Source: an uncultured Bacilli bacterium
GTDB taxonomy: Bacteria > Bacillota_I > Bacilli_A > RF39 > UBA660
DNA: 57,251 nt
Direction of reading: 5' to 3'
Assembly (NCBI GenBank): GCA_944350415.1
Contig: CALVOY010000044.1
Span: 1 to 57,251 of the forward strand
Shown: positions 12,566 through 23,099 of the stretch, piece after piece
Position numbering within the stretch: the stretch's first letter is position 1
Layout: the number at the start of each line of letters is the position of its first letter
Notes under the pieces: generated by a model
What the model was told of the DNA's origin: nothing
Seen by the model: the letters and a program-made list of their open reading frames with translations, nothing else
Databases searched by the model: none
Position numbers and translations under genes: made by a program

Positions 12566-12979
12566 TTACTTTTTAGGTTTCTTAGCACCATATTTACTAC
12601 GACCTTGTTTTCTATCTTTAACTCCAGCTGTATCTAAGGTACCACGAATGATGTGATAACGAACTCCGATTAAGTCCTTAACACGTCCACCACGAACCAA
12701 AACAACACTATGCTCTTGTAAGTTATGTCCTTCACCAGGAATATAAGTATCTACTTCTTTTCCATTAGATAAACGAACACGAGCATACTTTCTTAAAGCT
12801 GAGTTTGGTTTCTTTGGTGTCTTAGTACCTACACGAGTACAAACTCCACGTTTTTGTGGACTATTCAATTTAGTAGATTTTCTTTGAATAGTATTAAGTC
12901 CAAATCCTAATACTGGAGATTTACTCTTTCTCACTTTATCAGTTCTCTTTTTTTTAATCAACTGTTGTATCGTAGGCAT
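12566..12979 (-). CDS. rpsL: 30S ribosomal protein S12
   Basis: MPTIQQLI... with the [10 protein letters not shown] motif. 137 aa. Confidence 0.97.
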   Translation of the reverse strand: MPTIQQLIKKKRTDKVRKSKSPVLGFGLNTIQRKSTKLNSPQKRGVCTRVGTKTPKKPNSALRKYARVRLSNGKEVDTYIPGEGHNLQEHSVVLVRGGRVKDLIGVRYHIIRGTLDTAGVKDRKQGRSKYGAKKPKK

Positions 12980-13077
12980 ATTTTATCTCTCCTTTCTTTA
13001 CACATAACCAGGTGTATCATAATTCTATCTAAATATAAGTTTTGCCCAAAGCAAAACCTAAATTTATTAGCATGTAT

Positions 13078-13106
13078 AATATAACATTCTTAACTAGGAA
13101 AGTCAA
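13078..13106 (-). promoter_or_regulatory. Candidate sigma-A promoter of the rpsL-rpsG-fusA-tuf operon
   Basis: Minus strand reads TTGACT-17 nt-TATATT with a TG extended -10 (ATGTTATATT). It lies about 95 nt upstream of the rpsL start. Confidence 0.55.
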
Positions 13107-13319
13107 TAAAAAACTATAAAATATTAGGATAAAATATAGAAATAGATAGCCAATAATAAAACATAATACCACTAAATGCAGAATGCATATATTTCTTTTT
13201 CATAAAATTCCATGTGAAATAGAATGAATAAATTCTTCTGTTAAATTATAAGTCTTCTATTTCATATTTCAAAACATAAAATAATGATAAAAAATAAAAA
13301 GATAATGTATATTATCTAA

Positions 13320-13436
13320 TCAGCCAAGTCCTAAATTAGAGGCACCAATGCTAATTAAAATAATAGCAATAAAGAATACCAACAGAAATGCTAGTAATAC
13401 CCCAAGTCCCCAACCACGATTATTTAAATGAAACAT
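13320..13436 (-). CDS. Small hydrophobic protein (38 aa), below the ORF-track cutoff
   Basis: Translation is MFHLNNRGWGLGVLLAFLLVFFIAIILISIGASNLGLG*. The ATG is preceded by AGAGGTG at 6 nt. One TM helix. Confidence 0.5.
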   Translation of the reverse strand: MFHLNNRGWGLGVLLAFLLVFFIAIILISIGASNLGLG

Positions 13437-13555
13437 GCTATCACCTCTAATGATATTATTATATGATAAAACCAAAGAAAAAGGAAGATAAACCACAATA
13501 TTTCTTCCATATAAAAATAGTATAAAAAAATTATAAAATATTAAAAATATATATT

Positions 13556-14728
13556 TTATTTGAAAGTTTTCATTTTCTGAAAAGCCTGTTCAATCACTTG
13601 AAATTGTTCTGAAAACACATTTTTTTGTTCTAATAAATCTGTATTCTCTTCTTCTAACTGTTTCTTTTCTGCTTCTATTTGGATCAATTGCTCTTTTAAG
13701 CTTTGTAGCTCTTCTTTTAAACTTTGATTTTCTTTTTCCAATACAGAATAATTAGATTGAACACTATCCATATTGATATGTGCCTTAGAACAAATTAAGT
13801 TATTACAAGCATCTATTAGCTTTCTAATATCTTCACTAAGTTCCACCTCACCAACTACTTCAGAAATCGTATTAATATCTAATATATCCCCACCTGCAAT
13901 AGTATCTACCAAAAAACTCAAAACATTAGAATCAGTTTGTTTGGATTCTAAATTAGCTTTTGTTTTATTAATAGAGAAAAAATAATCACTAGAAGTAGAA
14001 GGAGTAGCATCATATTTTTTAGCGAAACTTATTACTCTTTTTAAAGCATCTATTTTATCATTTAAAGAAACTTTGATACTATTAGTATAATTTGCATTAC
14101 GATTATTTATTTTCATATGATATGGATAAGTTAAATCTTGTTTAAATGCTATTCTACTAATATAATTATCAAATTCACTGTAATCATCATATTTTCTAGA
14201 AGTAACAGGCAAATAAATAAAATCAACTGTAGGACTTTTCACTAATCCTAAAATCCCATAAGAACTAAGTGCTATTTTTCTAACAATATAATAGTCACAA
14301 ACTTCAGCCATTTCTTCTACTTGATAGGTTCTTTCTCTATCGTATTTAATCACAAATACAAGATCATCTGTTCTAATTTTAATATTAGATAAAAAGGAAT
14401 CTAATTTTTCATGAACATTTTTGGAAAAAATAGAATTACTATCCAGTTTTCCACTACTAATTAATCTAGAAAATTGATAGGAATTTTCTAAAAAATAATG
14501 AAGAGAATCATAAGAATTAGTTGCGGATTTAAAAAATCCCAATTGTCTTAAGTAATCAATATTAACACCTAAAAGATGAGCAATATGATTTTTAGGTACC
14601 ATAATATTTAACATTTCACCATTAGCAAGATATAAAACCTGTTGATTAGTATCAAAAGTCATTCTATCATATCGTTCTACACAATCATTAATTTTATCAA
14701 TTATAGCATTAAATTCACCTGTAGTCAT
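13556..14728 (-). CDS. Orphan 390-aa protein: N-terminal globular region plus C-terminal heptad coiled coil, with no signal peptide
   Basis: Long ORF whose ATG follows a GGGGGG Shine-Dalgarno. The C-terminus is LEKENQSLKEELQSLKEQLIQIEAEKKQLEEENTDLLEQ. It sits between rpoC and rpsL. No family recognised. Confidence 0.7.
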   Translation of the reverse strand: MTTGEFNAIIDKINDCVERYDRMTFDTNQQVLYLANGEMLNIMVPKNHIAHLLGVNIDYLRQLGFFKSATNSYDSLHYFLENSYQFSRLISSGKLDSNSIFSKNVHEKLDSFLSNIKIRTDDLVFVIKYDRERTYQVEEMAEVCDYYIVRKIALSSYGILGLVKSPTVDFIYLPVTSRKYDDYSEFDNYISRIAFKQDLTYPYHMKINNRNANYTNSIKVSLNDKIDALKRVISFAKKYDATPSTSSDYFFSINKTKANLESKQTDSNVLSFLVDTIAGGDILDINTISEVVGEVELSEDIRKLIDACNNLICSKAHINMDSVQSNYSVLEKENQSLKEELQSLKEQLIQIEAEKKQLEEENTDLLEQKNVFSEQFQVIEQAFQKMKTFK

Positions 14729-14756
14729 AATATAACCCCCCTTTTTAAGTGGTCAT

Positions 14757-14789
14757 ATTATATCCCCCCCCCCCCCACCACCTTGTCAA
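14757..14789 (-). promoter_or_regulatory. Consensus -35/-10 promoter with a homopolymeric G13 spacer (candidate phase-variable promoter)
   Basis: Minus strand reads TTGACA (14784-14789), AGGTGGT, G13, A, TATAAT (14757-14762). The spacer is 21 nt. The downstream start codon is at 14728. Confidence 0.65.
14764..14776. repeat. Homopolymeric tract C13 (+ strand) / G13 (- strand)
   Basis: Counted directly: tatCCCCCCC CCCCCCacca. It is the only long G/C homopolymer I noticed in the window. Confidence 0.95.
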
Positions 14790-14980
14790 GAGGGAATACT
14801 TTTCTTTAAAAAGTATACTAATAAATTAAAACTAATAATACTCATTTTGGTTAAATATAAATAGGATAATTTTAATTTCAAAAAATTGATAATTGCAGCC
14901 AAAATGTTAACAAAAAACATCAATCAATAACACATCATAATATGATAATAAGGAATAGCAAAAAATTCTAAAATCTCTTT

Positions 14981-15019
14981 AAAAAAGAAAAAAAAGAAGA
15001 GTCTACATAAACTCTTCTT
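14981..15019 (-). terminator. Intrinsic terminator of rpoBC
   Basis: 9-bp stem AAGAAGAGT/ACTCTTCTT encloses the rpoC stop codon. On the minus strand it is followed by TTTTTTTTC. Confidence 0.75.
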
Positions 15020-18000
15020 CTAATGTTTCAAGTGGTTCTTCATCCACAAACTGACTAGCTAAATCAAAATCAACATTTTTATATTTTTTAGCACCTGTAC
15101 CAGCTGGGATTAATTTACCAATAATAACATTTTCTTTTAATCCTTCTAGGTGATCAACTTTACCACGAATAGCGGCATCTGTTAAAATACGAGTCGTTTC
15201 TTGGAAACTTGCTGCAGATAAGAATGATTCTGTCTCTAGAGAAGCCTTGGTAATACCTAAAAGAATTGGTCTACCACTAGCTGGTTTTTTACCAGTAATA
15301 ATAGCTTCTTTATTAGCACTAGTAAAGGTTGAAAAGTCTACCAAGGCTCCTGGTAAGAACTTCGTTCCTCCTCCTTCAACAATACGAATCTTACTAATCA
15401 TTTTGCTAGCAATTACTTCAATATGTTTATCAGAAATGTCAACACCTTGACTACGATAAGTATTTTGAACTTCTTTTAAGATATATTCTTGAGTAGTAAG
15501 TGGATCCGTTACAGCAAGTAATTCTTTAGGGCTAATTGCACCTTCGGTAAGCTTTTCACCTGCTACTACTTTAGAACCCTTTTCTACACGAAGTTTAGCG
15601 CCATAATTGGTAACATGTTCTTTGGTTTCAACATCATTCTTAATGGAAATTCTAAACTTACCATGATCTTCATCAATCTTCGTAACTTCACCATCAATTT
15701 CAGCAATGGTTGCTTTTCCTTTTGGAATACGAGCTTCAAATAATTCTTGTACACGAGGAAGACCTTGGGTAATATCTTCTCCACCAGCAACTCCACCAGT
15801 ATGGAAAGTTCTCATGGTCAACTGTGTACCAGGTTCTCCAATAGATTGAGCTGCCATAACTCCAATAGCTTCTCCAACTTCTACTAAGTTACCTGTAGCT
15901 AAGTTACGTCCATAACATTTTTGACATACACCATGGTTAGAAGCACAAGTTAAAATTGTACGAATTTCAACTTCTTCAACACCACTAGCTACAATCTTAT
16001 CAGCAAGCTGTTCTGTTACAAAAGTTAATTTATCACAAATCACTTCTTTGGTTTCTGGATGAATTACTTTCTTATTTGTAAATCTACCAACAATTCTATC
16101 TCTTAACGATTCAATCACAGCACCAGTTTTATCATTAATGAATGCGCGAACTACAACACCTTGATCAGTTTCACAATCTTCTTCGCGAACGATAATATCT
16201 TGACTAACATCTACCAAACGACGAGTTAAATATCCAGAATCAGCTGTTTTCAAAGCAGTATCAGCACTACCTTTACGAGCACCATGAGTACTTAAGAAGA
16301 ACTCAGATACTGACAATCCTTCTTTGAAAGAAGATAATACTGGAATTTCTACACTTTCTCCATTAGGTTTTGCCATTAATCCACGCATACCTGCAACCTG
16401 TGTAAAGTTAGAAATATTACCACGTGCTTTAGAATGCATCATCATGAAAATTGGATTATCCATATCCGCATTCGCTTTTTCTTGAAGTTCTGCTTGAACT
16501 TGATCTTTAGCACTATTCCATGTTTCCACTACTTTCTCATATCTCTCTTGATCAGTAATCAAACCACGTTTATATTGTTTATTAATATTATCTACAATTT
16601 TCTGAGCATCCTGAACAATTTCAGGTTTCTTATCACTGCTTACAACATCAGCCATAGATACCGTAATACCAGCAATCGTAGAATATTTAAATCCTAAATC
16701 TTTTAATTTATCCAACATGATAGAAGTCTCAGTTGTTTTATAGCGTTTAAAAATCTGCGCAATAACTTTTTCTAAAACACCTTTAGCAAAAGGTTTCACA
16801 AGTGGCATATTAGCTACTACTTCAGGAATATTCTTTCCCATCTCAATGAAATATTTATTAGGTGTAATATTTTGAATATTATCATCAGTAGGTTCATTAA
16901 TATAAGGGAAAGAATCCGGTAAAATTTCATTAAATTTAACCTTACCAACAGTAGTAACTAAGTACTTTCCATGTTGTTCTTCCGTAAATAATTTATATTT
17001 GAAAGAATCTACTGGAATTACGATTCTGGTATGAAGAGTTACTTCTCTTCTTTCATAAGCCATTAAAGCTTCGTTAGTGTTTCTGAAAATTCTTCCTTCA
17101 TCTGGAAGACCAGCTTTTTCCATCGTAATATAATAATTACCTAATACCATATCTTGAGATGGAGTTACAATCGGATCTCCTGATTTTGGATGTAAAATGT
17201 TGTTAGCACCTAACATTAAAAGTCTAGCTTCAGCTTTTGCTTCTTCGGATAAAGGTACATGAACTGCCATTTGATCTCCATCGAAGTCAGCATTAAATGC
17301 TGTACAAACAAGTGGATGCAAACGAATAGCTTTACCACCAATTAATACCGGTTCAAAAGCCTGAATACCAAGTCTATGAAGTGTAGGAGCACGGTTTAAT
17401 AATACAGGATGCTCTTTGATTACTTCTTCTACAACATCCCAAACAATAGGATCTTGATTTTCAATTAATCGCTTAGCAGCTTTGATATTATGAGCAATAT
17501 CTTTGCTTACTAATCCATGAATAACATGTGGTTTAAATAACTCAAGTGCCATTTCTTTTGGAATACCACATTGATACATTTTAAGAGATGGCCCAACGAC
17601 AATAACACTACGACCAGAATAATCAACACGTTTACCAAGTAAGTTTTGACGGAAACGTCCTTGTTTTCCTTTTAACATGCTAGAAAGTGATTTTAAAGGT
17701 CTATTACCAGCACCAGTTACACTTCTACCACGACGTCCATTATCAAATAAGGCATCAACAGCTTCTTGCAACATACGTTTTTCATTTTGAATAATGATAC
17801 TAGGAGCACCTAAATCAATTAACTTCTTTAAACGATTATTACGATTAATGACACGACGATATAAATCATTCAAATCACTAGTTGCGAACCTACCACCATC
17901 TAATTGGATCATTGGTCTTAACTCTGGTGGAATTACTGGAATACAATCCATAATCATCCATTCTGGTTTATTGCCAGATTTATGGAAAGCATCTAATACA

Positions 18001-18632
18001 TCAATTCGTTTAAGTAAACGAGTTCTTTTTTGACCTTGAGCATCTTCTAACTCTTTAGTAAGTTCATTTAATTCTGCTTCAATATCTACTTTTTTCAAAA
18101 GCTCTTTGATAGCTTCTGCTCCCATACCAACCTTAAAAGTATTACCATATTTTTCATAGTAAGCACGATATTCTTTCTCTGATAAAGTTTGTTTATTTTC
18201 TAAAGGCGTATTTCCTTTATCAATCACAACATAACTTACAAAATATAATACTTCTTCAAGATCTCTTGGACTCATATCCAAAACAAGACCCATACGGCTA
18301 GGTACACCTTTAAAGAACCAAATATGAGAAACAGGAGACGCAAGTTCAATGTGACCCATTCTCTCACGTCTTACTTTACTACGAGTAACTTCAACTCCAC
18401 AACGATCACATACGATATTTTTATAACGAACTCTCTTATATTTACCACATGCACACTCGAAATCTTTTGTAGGTCCAAAAATTTTCTCGCAGAATAATCC
18501 GTCACGTTCTGGTCTTAAAGTACGATAGTTAATCGTTTCTGGTTTCTTAACTTCACCATAACTCCATTCACGAATCTTTTCAGGAGATGCAATACCAATT
18601 TTTAAAGCTTCAAATTTATCTACTGCTATCAT
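15003..18632 (-). CDS. rpoC: DNA-directed RNA polymerase subunit beta'
   Basis: 1209 aa with the NADFDGDQM catalytic motif and the zinc-binding CxCGKY...C..C segment. Confidence 0.98.
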   Translation of the reverse strand: MIAVDKFEALKIGIASPEKIREWSYGEVKKPETINYRTLRPERDGLFCEKIFGPTKDFECACGKYKRVRYKNIVCDRCGVEVTRSKVRRERMGHIELASPVSHIWFFKGVPSRMGLVLDMSPRDLEEVLYFVSYVVIDKGNTPLENKQTLSEKEYRAYYEKYGNTFKVGMGAEAIKELLKKVDIEAELNELTKELEDAQGQKRTRLLKRIDVLDAFHKSGNKPEWMIMDCIPVIPPELRPMIQLDGGRFATSDLNDLYRRVINRNNRLKKLIDLGAPSIIIQNEKRMLQEAVDALFDNGRRGRSVTGAGNRPLKSLSSMLKGKQGRFRQNLLGKRVDYSGRSVIVVGPSLKMYQCGIPKEMALELFKPHVIHGLVSKDIAHNIKAAKRLIENQDPIVWDVVEEVIKEHPVLLNRAPTLHRLGIQAFEPVLIGGKAIRLHPLVCTAFNADFDGDQMAVHVPLSEEAKAEARLLMLGANNILHPKSGDPIVTPSQDMVLGNYYITMEKAGLPDEGRIFRNTNEALMAYERREVTLHTRIVIPVDSFKYKLFTEEQHGKYLVTTVGKVKFNEILPDSFPYINEPTDDNIQNITPNKYFIEMGKNIPEVVANMPLVKPFAKGVLEKVIAQIFKRYKTTETSIMLDKLKDLGFKYSTIAGITVSMADVVSSDKKPEIVQDAQKIVDNINKQYKRGLITDQERYEKVVETWNSAKDQVQAELQEKANADMDNPIFMMMHSKARGNISNFTQVAGMRGLMAKPNGESVEIPVLSSFKEGLSVSEFFLSTHGARKGSADTALKTADSGYLTRRLVDVSQDIIVREEDCETDQGVVVRAFINDKTGAVIESLRDRIVGRFTNKKVIHPETKEVICDKLTFVTEQLADKIVASGVEEVEIRTILTCASNHGVCQKCYGRNLATGNLVEVGEAIGVMAAQSIGEPGTQLTMRTFHTGGVAGGEDITQGLPRVQELFEARIPKGKATIAEIDGEVTKIDEDHGKFRISIKNDVETKEHVTNYGAKLRVEKGSKVVAGEKLTEGAISPKELLAVTDPLTTQEYILKEVQNTYRSQGVDISDKHIEVIASKMISKIRIVEGGGTKFLPGALVDFSTFTSANKEAIITGKKPASGRPILLGITKASLETESFLSAASFQETTRILTDAAIRGKVDHLEGLKENVIIGKLIPAGTGAKKYKNVDFDLASQFVDEEPLETLEEEFM

Positions 18633-18634
18633 TT

Positions 18635-21600
18635 TTATTCATCCCCTTCCATTAAATCTTTCTCTATCAATTCTTCATCAAAATCTAAGTCAAAATCATC
18701 ATCAAATTCGCTATCATCATCTTCATAGCTGTCATCTTCTTCACTGTCCGAAGCAGTGGAAATAAGCGGTGCATCCATCTCAGGCTCATTAGGATTGAAA
18801 TCATCTTTATATTCTTCTTGTTCAATTTCTTTTAAATCCAATTCATTACCTTCATCATCAATAATAGAAATATCAAGTCCTAAAGCTTGGAATTCTTTCA
18901 TAAGTACTCTAAAGGATTCTGGCATACCAGCCTGATTAATTTCTTCACCCTTAACAATAGATTCATATACTTTAACACGGCCAAGTACATCATCGGATTT
19001 ATAAGTAATAATTTCCTGTAAAGTATGAGCAGCACCATAAGCTTCTAGCGCCCAAACTTCCATTTCTCCAAATCTTTGTCCACCAAATTGTGCTTTACCA
19101 CCAAGTGGTTGTTGTGTTACTAAGGAATAAGGTCCGGTAGAACGGGCATGAAGTTTATCATCAACCATATGATGTAGTTTAATCATATACATCACACCAA
19201 CAGAGATACGATTATCAAATGGTTCTCCGGTACGACCATTATATAGAACTGTTTTTCCATCTTCATCCATTCCAGCTTCCTTCATCATATCGATGATATC
19301 TTGGTTCTTAGCACCATCGAATACTGGAGTAGCTACATGAATATTTAATTTCTTAGCAGCCATACCTAAGTGTAATTCTAAAATTTGTCCTAAGTTCATA
19401 CGAGAAGGTACACCTTGTGGATTTAACATAATATCAACTGGTGTTCCATCTGGTAAATATGGCATATCTTCACTTGGTAAAATCAAGGAAATAACACCTT
19501 TGTTACCATGACGTCCAGCCATTTTATCACCAATTTGAATCTTACGCTTTTGAGCAATATATACACGAATAACTTTGCTAACACCTGCTGGCAATTCATC
19601 ATTATCTTTACGAGAATAAATCTTAACATCATGAACAATACCTTCTCCACCATGTGGAACACGTAAAGAAGTATCTCTTACTTCACGAGTCTTTTCTCCA
19701 AAAATAGCGTGTAATAATTTTTCTTCAGAAGTAAGTTCAGCCATACCTTTAGGAGTAACTTTACCAACTAAAATATCGCCTTCTTTTACTTCCGTACCAA
19801 TGATAACGATACCATTTTCATCTAAGTTCTTACGAGCATCATCACCAACATTTGGAATATCACGAGTAATCTCTTCAGGACCTAGTTTGGTTTCACGACA
19901 TTGCATTTGATAATCTTCAATATGAATAGAAGTATAAACATCATCTCTAACTAATTTTTCATTCAAGATAACAGCATCTTCATAGTTATATCCATCAAAA
20001 GTCATGAAAGCAACTACGACATTCTTACCTAAAGCTAGCTCTCCCTGATCCATACTAGGACCGTCGGCAATAACATGTCCACGCTCTACTTTATCACCAA
20101 CTTGAACAATAGGTCTATGGTGATAGCATGAATCCTGGTTAGATTCTTCAAAGTTTGCTAAATAATAAGTGTCTTTTCCAGTTTTATTTTTAATCACAAT
20201 TTGTTTAGCATCTACATACTCAACAATTCCATCTGCTTTGGCTACAATAGCAGCACCACTATCTCTAGCAGCAATATATTCAACACCTGTTCCAACCAAA
20301 GGAGCTTCTGCTTTTAATAAAGGAACAGACTGACGTTGCATGTTAGCACCCATCAAAGCACGAGTAGCATCATCATGCTCTAGGAATGGAATACAACTTG
20401 TAGTAACAGCAACTACTTGTTGTGGTGAAACATCGATATAATCTACTTGTTCAGGTTTTACCAAAATGGTATCTCCTCTAAAGCGAGCAGAAACTTGACT
20501 GTCTGTCATAATATTATTATCATCCGTAGAAACAGTAGCTTGTGCAATAATAACATCATTTTCTTCATCAGCTGTTAAATAGTCAACCTGTTCTGTAATT
20601 TTACAGTTTTCTACTTTACGATATGGAGTCATGATAAATCCATATTCATCTACTTTTGCATAACTTGCAAGCGAAGTAATCAATCCGATATTAGCACCTT
20701 CTGGAGACTCAATAGGACAAATTCTACCATAGTGAGATGGATTAACATCACGTACTTCCATACCAGCACGATCACGAGATAATCCTCCAGGTCCTAAAGC
20801 TGATAAACGACGCTTATTAGTTAACTCACTAATAGGGTTAATCTGATCCATGAATTGTGATAATTGACTAGATCCAAAGAACTCTTTCATCGCTGCTGTT
20901 ACAGGTCTAATATTAATCAATGTTTTAGGGGTTACTTCTTCCATTTCCTGAGTAGTCATACGTTCACGAATAACTCTTTCCATACGAGATACACCAATTC
21001 TAAATTGGTTTTGTAATAACTCTCCTACTTGACGAATACGACGATTTCCTAAATGATCAATTTCATCGTAATTACCAACACCTTCTAATAAACATAAGTA
21101 ATAAGAAACTGCTGCATATATATCAGAAATAGTAAGTCTTTTCACTTCAAGAGTTTGATCATTACCAATAACAGTAATTTTCTCTTTTTTATTATTTGGA
21201 TTATAAATTTTAATTTCTTGAATTAATTTGTAATAATCTAATTCTTCATTAATCTTAGCTTCTCTAACACCATATCCATCTTCTAACATTGGTCTTAGTT
21301 GATCAAGAACATCTTTAGTAAGTAAAGTACCTTTTTCAAAAATAACTTCACCGTTTACTTTAATATCTTCTGCTAATGTTTGATTTAGTAATCTATCAAT
21401 AACATTTAACTTACGATTAAATTTATAACGACCAACTTTAGCTAAATCATAACGAAATTCATCAAAGAATCTAGTAATAATTTGATTCTTAGAAGAATCC
21501 AAAGTAGCAGGTTCTCCTGGTCTTAATTTTTCATAAATTTCAATCAATGCTTCATCTGTATTTCTAGTAGAATCTTTTAATATAGTATTCTCGATATATT

Positions 21601-22243
21601 GATTTTTTCCAAACATATCACGAATATCATCATCACTAGACAATCCAAAAGCACGCAACAATGTCGTCAATGTTACTTTTCTAGTTCTATCAATTCTTAC
21701 ATATAGTACATCCCTAGCATCCGTTTCGAACTCTAGCCATGTACCACGAGTTGGAATAATTTGTGAAGTAATTAATTCTCTACCATTTTTATCAATTTCA
21801 CGATTAAAATATACACTTGGAGAACGCACTAATTGACTGACAATAACACGTTCAGCACCATTAATAATAAATGTGCCACTATCTGTCATAATAGGCATAT
21901 CACCTAAGAATATTTCTTGTTCTTTTACTTCTCCAGTCTCATGATTGAAAAGTCTTACATCAACCTTAAGAGGAGCAGAATAAGTTGTTTCTCTATCTTT
22001 ACATTCTTTAATAGAAAATCTTGGTTCATCAAAATGATAATCACCAAATTCTAGAGATAGAGTACCAGAAAAATTTTCTACGGGGAATAAGTCCTCAAAT
22101 ACCTCTTTAATACCATTAGTAATAAAATCTTGGTATGATTCTGTTTGGATTTCTAATAAATCCTTAAGTTCATAAGTATTTCTAATTCTAGAAAAACTTC
22201 TTCTTTTACGATGGTCACCACAGTTAATAGTCTTAAATGCCAC
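18635..22243 (-). CDS. rpoB: DNA-directed RNA polymerase subunit beta
   Basis: 1202 aa. The rif-cluster region ([14 protein letters not shown]) and [13 protein letters not shown] are present. Has an acidic C-terminal tail. Confidence 0.98.
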   Translation of the reverse strand: MAFKTINCGDHRKRRSFSRIRNTYELKDLLEIQTESYQDFITNGIKEVFEDLFPVENFSGTLSLEFGDYHFDEPRFSIKECKDRETTYSAPLKVDVRLFNHETGEVKEQEIFLGDMPIMTDSGTFIINGAERVIVSQLVRSPSVYFNREIDKNGRELITSQIIPTRGTWLEFETDARDVLYVRIDRTRKVTLTTLLRAFGLSSDDDIRDMFGKNQYIENTILKDSTRNTDEALIEIYEKLRPGEPATLDSSKNQIITRFFDEFRYDLAKVGRYKFNRKLNVIDRLLNQTLAEDIKVNGEVIFEKGTLLTKDVLDQLRPMLEDGYGVREAKINEELDYYKLIQEIKIYNPNNKKEKITVIGNDQTLEVKRLTISDIYAAVSYYLCLLEGVGNYDEIDHLGNRRIRQVGELLQNQFRIGVSRMERVIRERMTTQEMEEVTPKTLINIRPVTAAMKEFFGSSQLSQFMDQINPISELTNKRRLSALGPGGLSRDRAGMEVRDVNPSHYGRICPIESPEGANIGLITSLASYAKVDEYGFIMTPYRKVENCKITEQVDYLTADEENDVIIAQATVSTDDNNIMTDSQVSARFRGDTILVKPEQVDYIDVSPQQVVAVTTSCIPFLEHDDATRALMGANMQRQSVPLLKAEAPLVGTGVEYIAARDSGAAIVAKADGIVEYVDAKQIVIKNKTGKDTYYLANFEESNQDSCYHHRPIVQVGDKVERGHVIADGPSMDQGELALGKNVVVAFMTFDGYNYEDAVILNEKLVRDDVYTSIHIEDYQMQCRETKLGPEEITRDIPNVGDDARKNLDENGIVIIGTEVKEGDILVGKVTPKGMAELTSEEKLLHAIFGEKTREVRDTSLRVPHGGEGIVHDVKIYSRKDNDELPAGVSKVIRVYIAQKRKIQIGDKMAGRHGNKGVISLILPSEDMPYLPDGTPVDIMLNPQGVPSRMNLGQILELHLGMAAKKLNIHVATPVFDGAKNQDIIDMMKEAGMDEDGKTVLYNGRTGEPFDNRISVGVMYMIKLHHMVDDKLHARSTGPYSLVTQQPLGGKAQFGGQRFGEMEVWALEAYGAAHTLQEIITYKSDDVLGRVKVYESIVKGEEINQAGMPESFRVLMKEFQALGLDISIIDDEGNELDLKEIEQEEYKDDFNPNEPEMDAPLISTASDSEEDDSYEDDDSEFDDDFDLDFDEELIEKDLMEGDE

Positions 22244-22338
22244 TAAAATTCACCCCTATACATTAATAATCAAAGAACATATTTATTAAAAAATAATACG
22301 TTGCCAATTTATATTATTAGCATAAAATTCGCAACAAG

Positions 22339-22923
22339 TCAACGAATTTCACACTTTATTACAAAAAAACCTTTATTTTTTTCAAGCACTTCTACTTTAT
22401 ACACTTTTTCCAAATCTTTTAATAAAGATTTAGCACCTTGATCCTTATGAATCACCAAAAATAATTTTCCTTGATTCGTCAAATATTCTTTTGCACCAAA
22501 CAATATTTCATAAACAATTTTCTTCCCTGCTCTAATTGGTGGATTGGTAATAATCGTATCAAAAACACCATCTATTTTTTCATAACAATTGCTTTCTAAA
22601 ATATTAGCGGTTACTTTATTTTCTTTAGCATTCATTTGCGCTAAATGCAAAGCTCTTTTATTCACATCACACATAGTAACTGGTTGATTTGTAAGCTTAG
22701 AAGCCATAATCCCAATTGCCCCATATCCACAACCAACATCCAAAATATCTCCTTCTACCTCATCCCAAGGAATATTTTCTAGTAATAACCTCGTTCCAAA
22801 GTCCAGATGATTCTTACAAAAAACACCATTATCTGAAAAAAAGTGAAATACATAACCCAACAACTCTACATCAAAATTTCTAATCTCACTCTTCAAATTA
22901 ACATTATCAAAATATTGTGCCAA
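22339..22923 (-). CDS. Class I SAM-dependent (RsmC/YbxB-like) methyltransferase
   Basis: VLDVGCGYGAIG SAM motif and the NPPIRAGK catalytic motif. It sits immediately upstream of rpoB, like B. subtilis ybxB. I place the start at TTG 22923 (MAQYFDN...) behind GGGGTGG. Confidence 0.8.
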   Translation of the reverse strand: MAQYFDNVNLKSEIRNFDVELLGYVFHFFSDNGVFCKNHLDFGTRLLLENIPWDEVEGDILDVGCGYGAIGIMASKLTNQPVTMCDVNKRALHLAQMNAKENKVTANILESNCYEKIDGVFDTIITNPPIRAGKKIVYEILFGAKEYLTNQGKLFLVIHKDQGAKSLLKDLEKVYKVEVLEKNKGFFVIKCEIR

Positions 22924-22930
22924 GATAGAC

Positions 22931-22980
22931 CACCCCAAAAAGCAAAAGAACTAACTATCAATGTATAAATAGTTAGTTCT
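22931..22980 (-). terminator. 12-bp perfect hairpin plus U-tract immediately upstream of the methyltransferase RBS (attenuator or relic terminator)
   Basis: AGAACTAACTAT (22947-22958) pairs with ATAGTTAGTTCT (22969-22980) across a 10-nt loop. On the minus strand it is followed by TTTGCTTTTT. Confidence 0.6.
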
Positions 22981-23042
22981 CCTTTCGTATCTATATAATA
23001 CACCATAAACTGATTATTTTCAAGAAAATTTTCTAAAAACAT

Positions 23043-23071
23043 TTGTCGAATAAAATAAAAAGTGGTATAAT
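23043..23071 (+). promoter_or_regulatory. Strong candidate sigma-A promoter for the + strand 324-aa gene
   Basis: TTGTCG-17 nt-TATAAT with an extended -10 TGG. The RBS AAAGGAAG and the ATG at 23100 follow. Confidence 0.6.
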
Positions 23072-23099
23072 AGGCCACTAACAAGAAAGGAAGAAAAAT

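Noticed and set aside
18635-18830. Highly acidic C-terminal tail of RpoB ([27 protein letters not shown]...).
   Set aside because: Acidic C-terminal extensions of the beta subunit are common in Firmicutes, so this is not distinctive.
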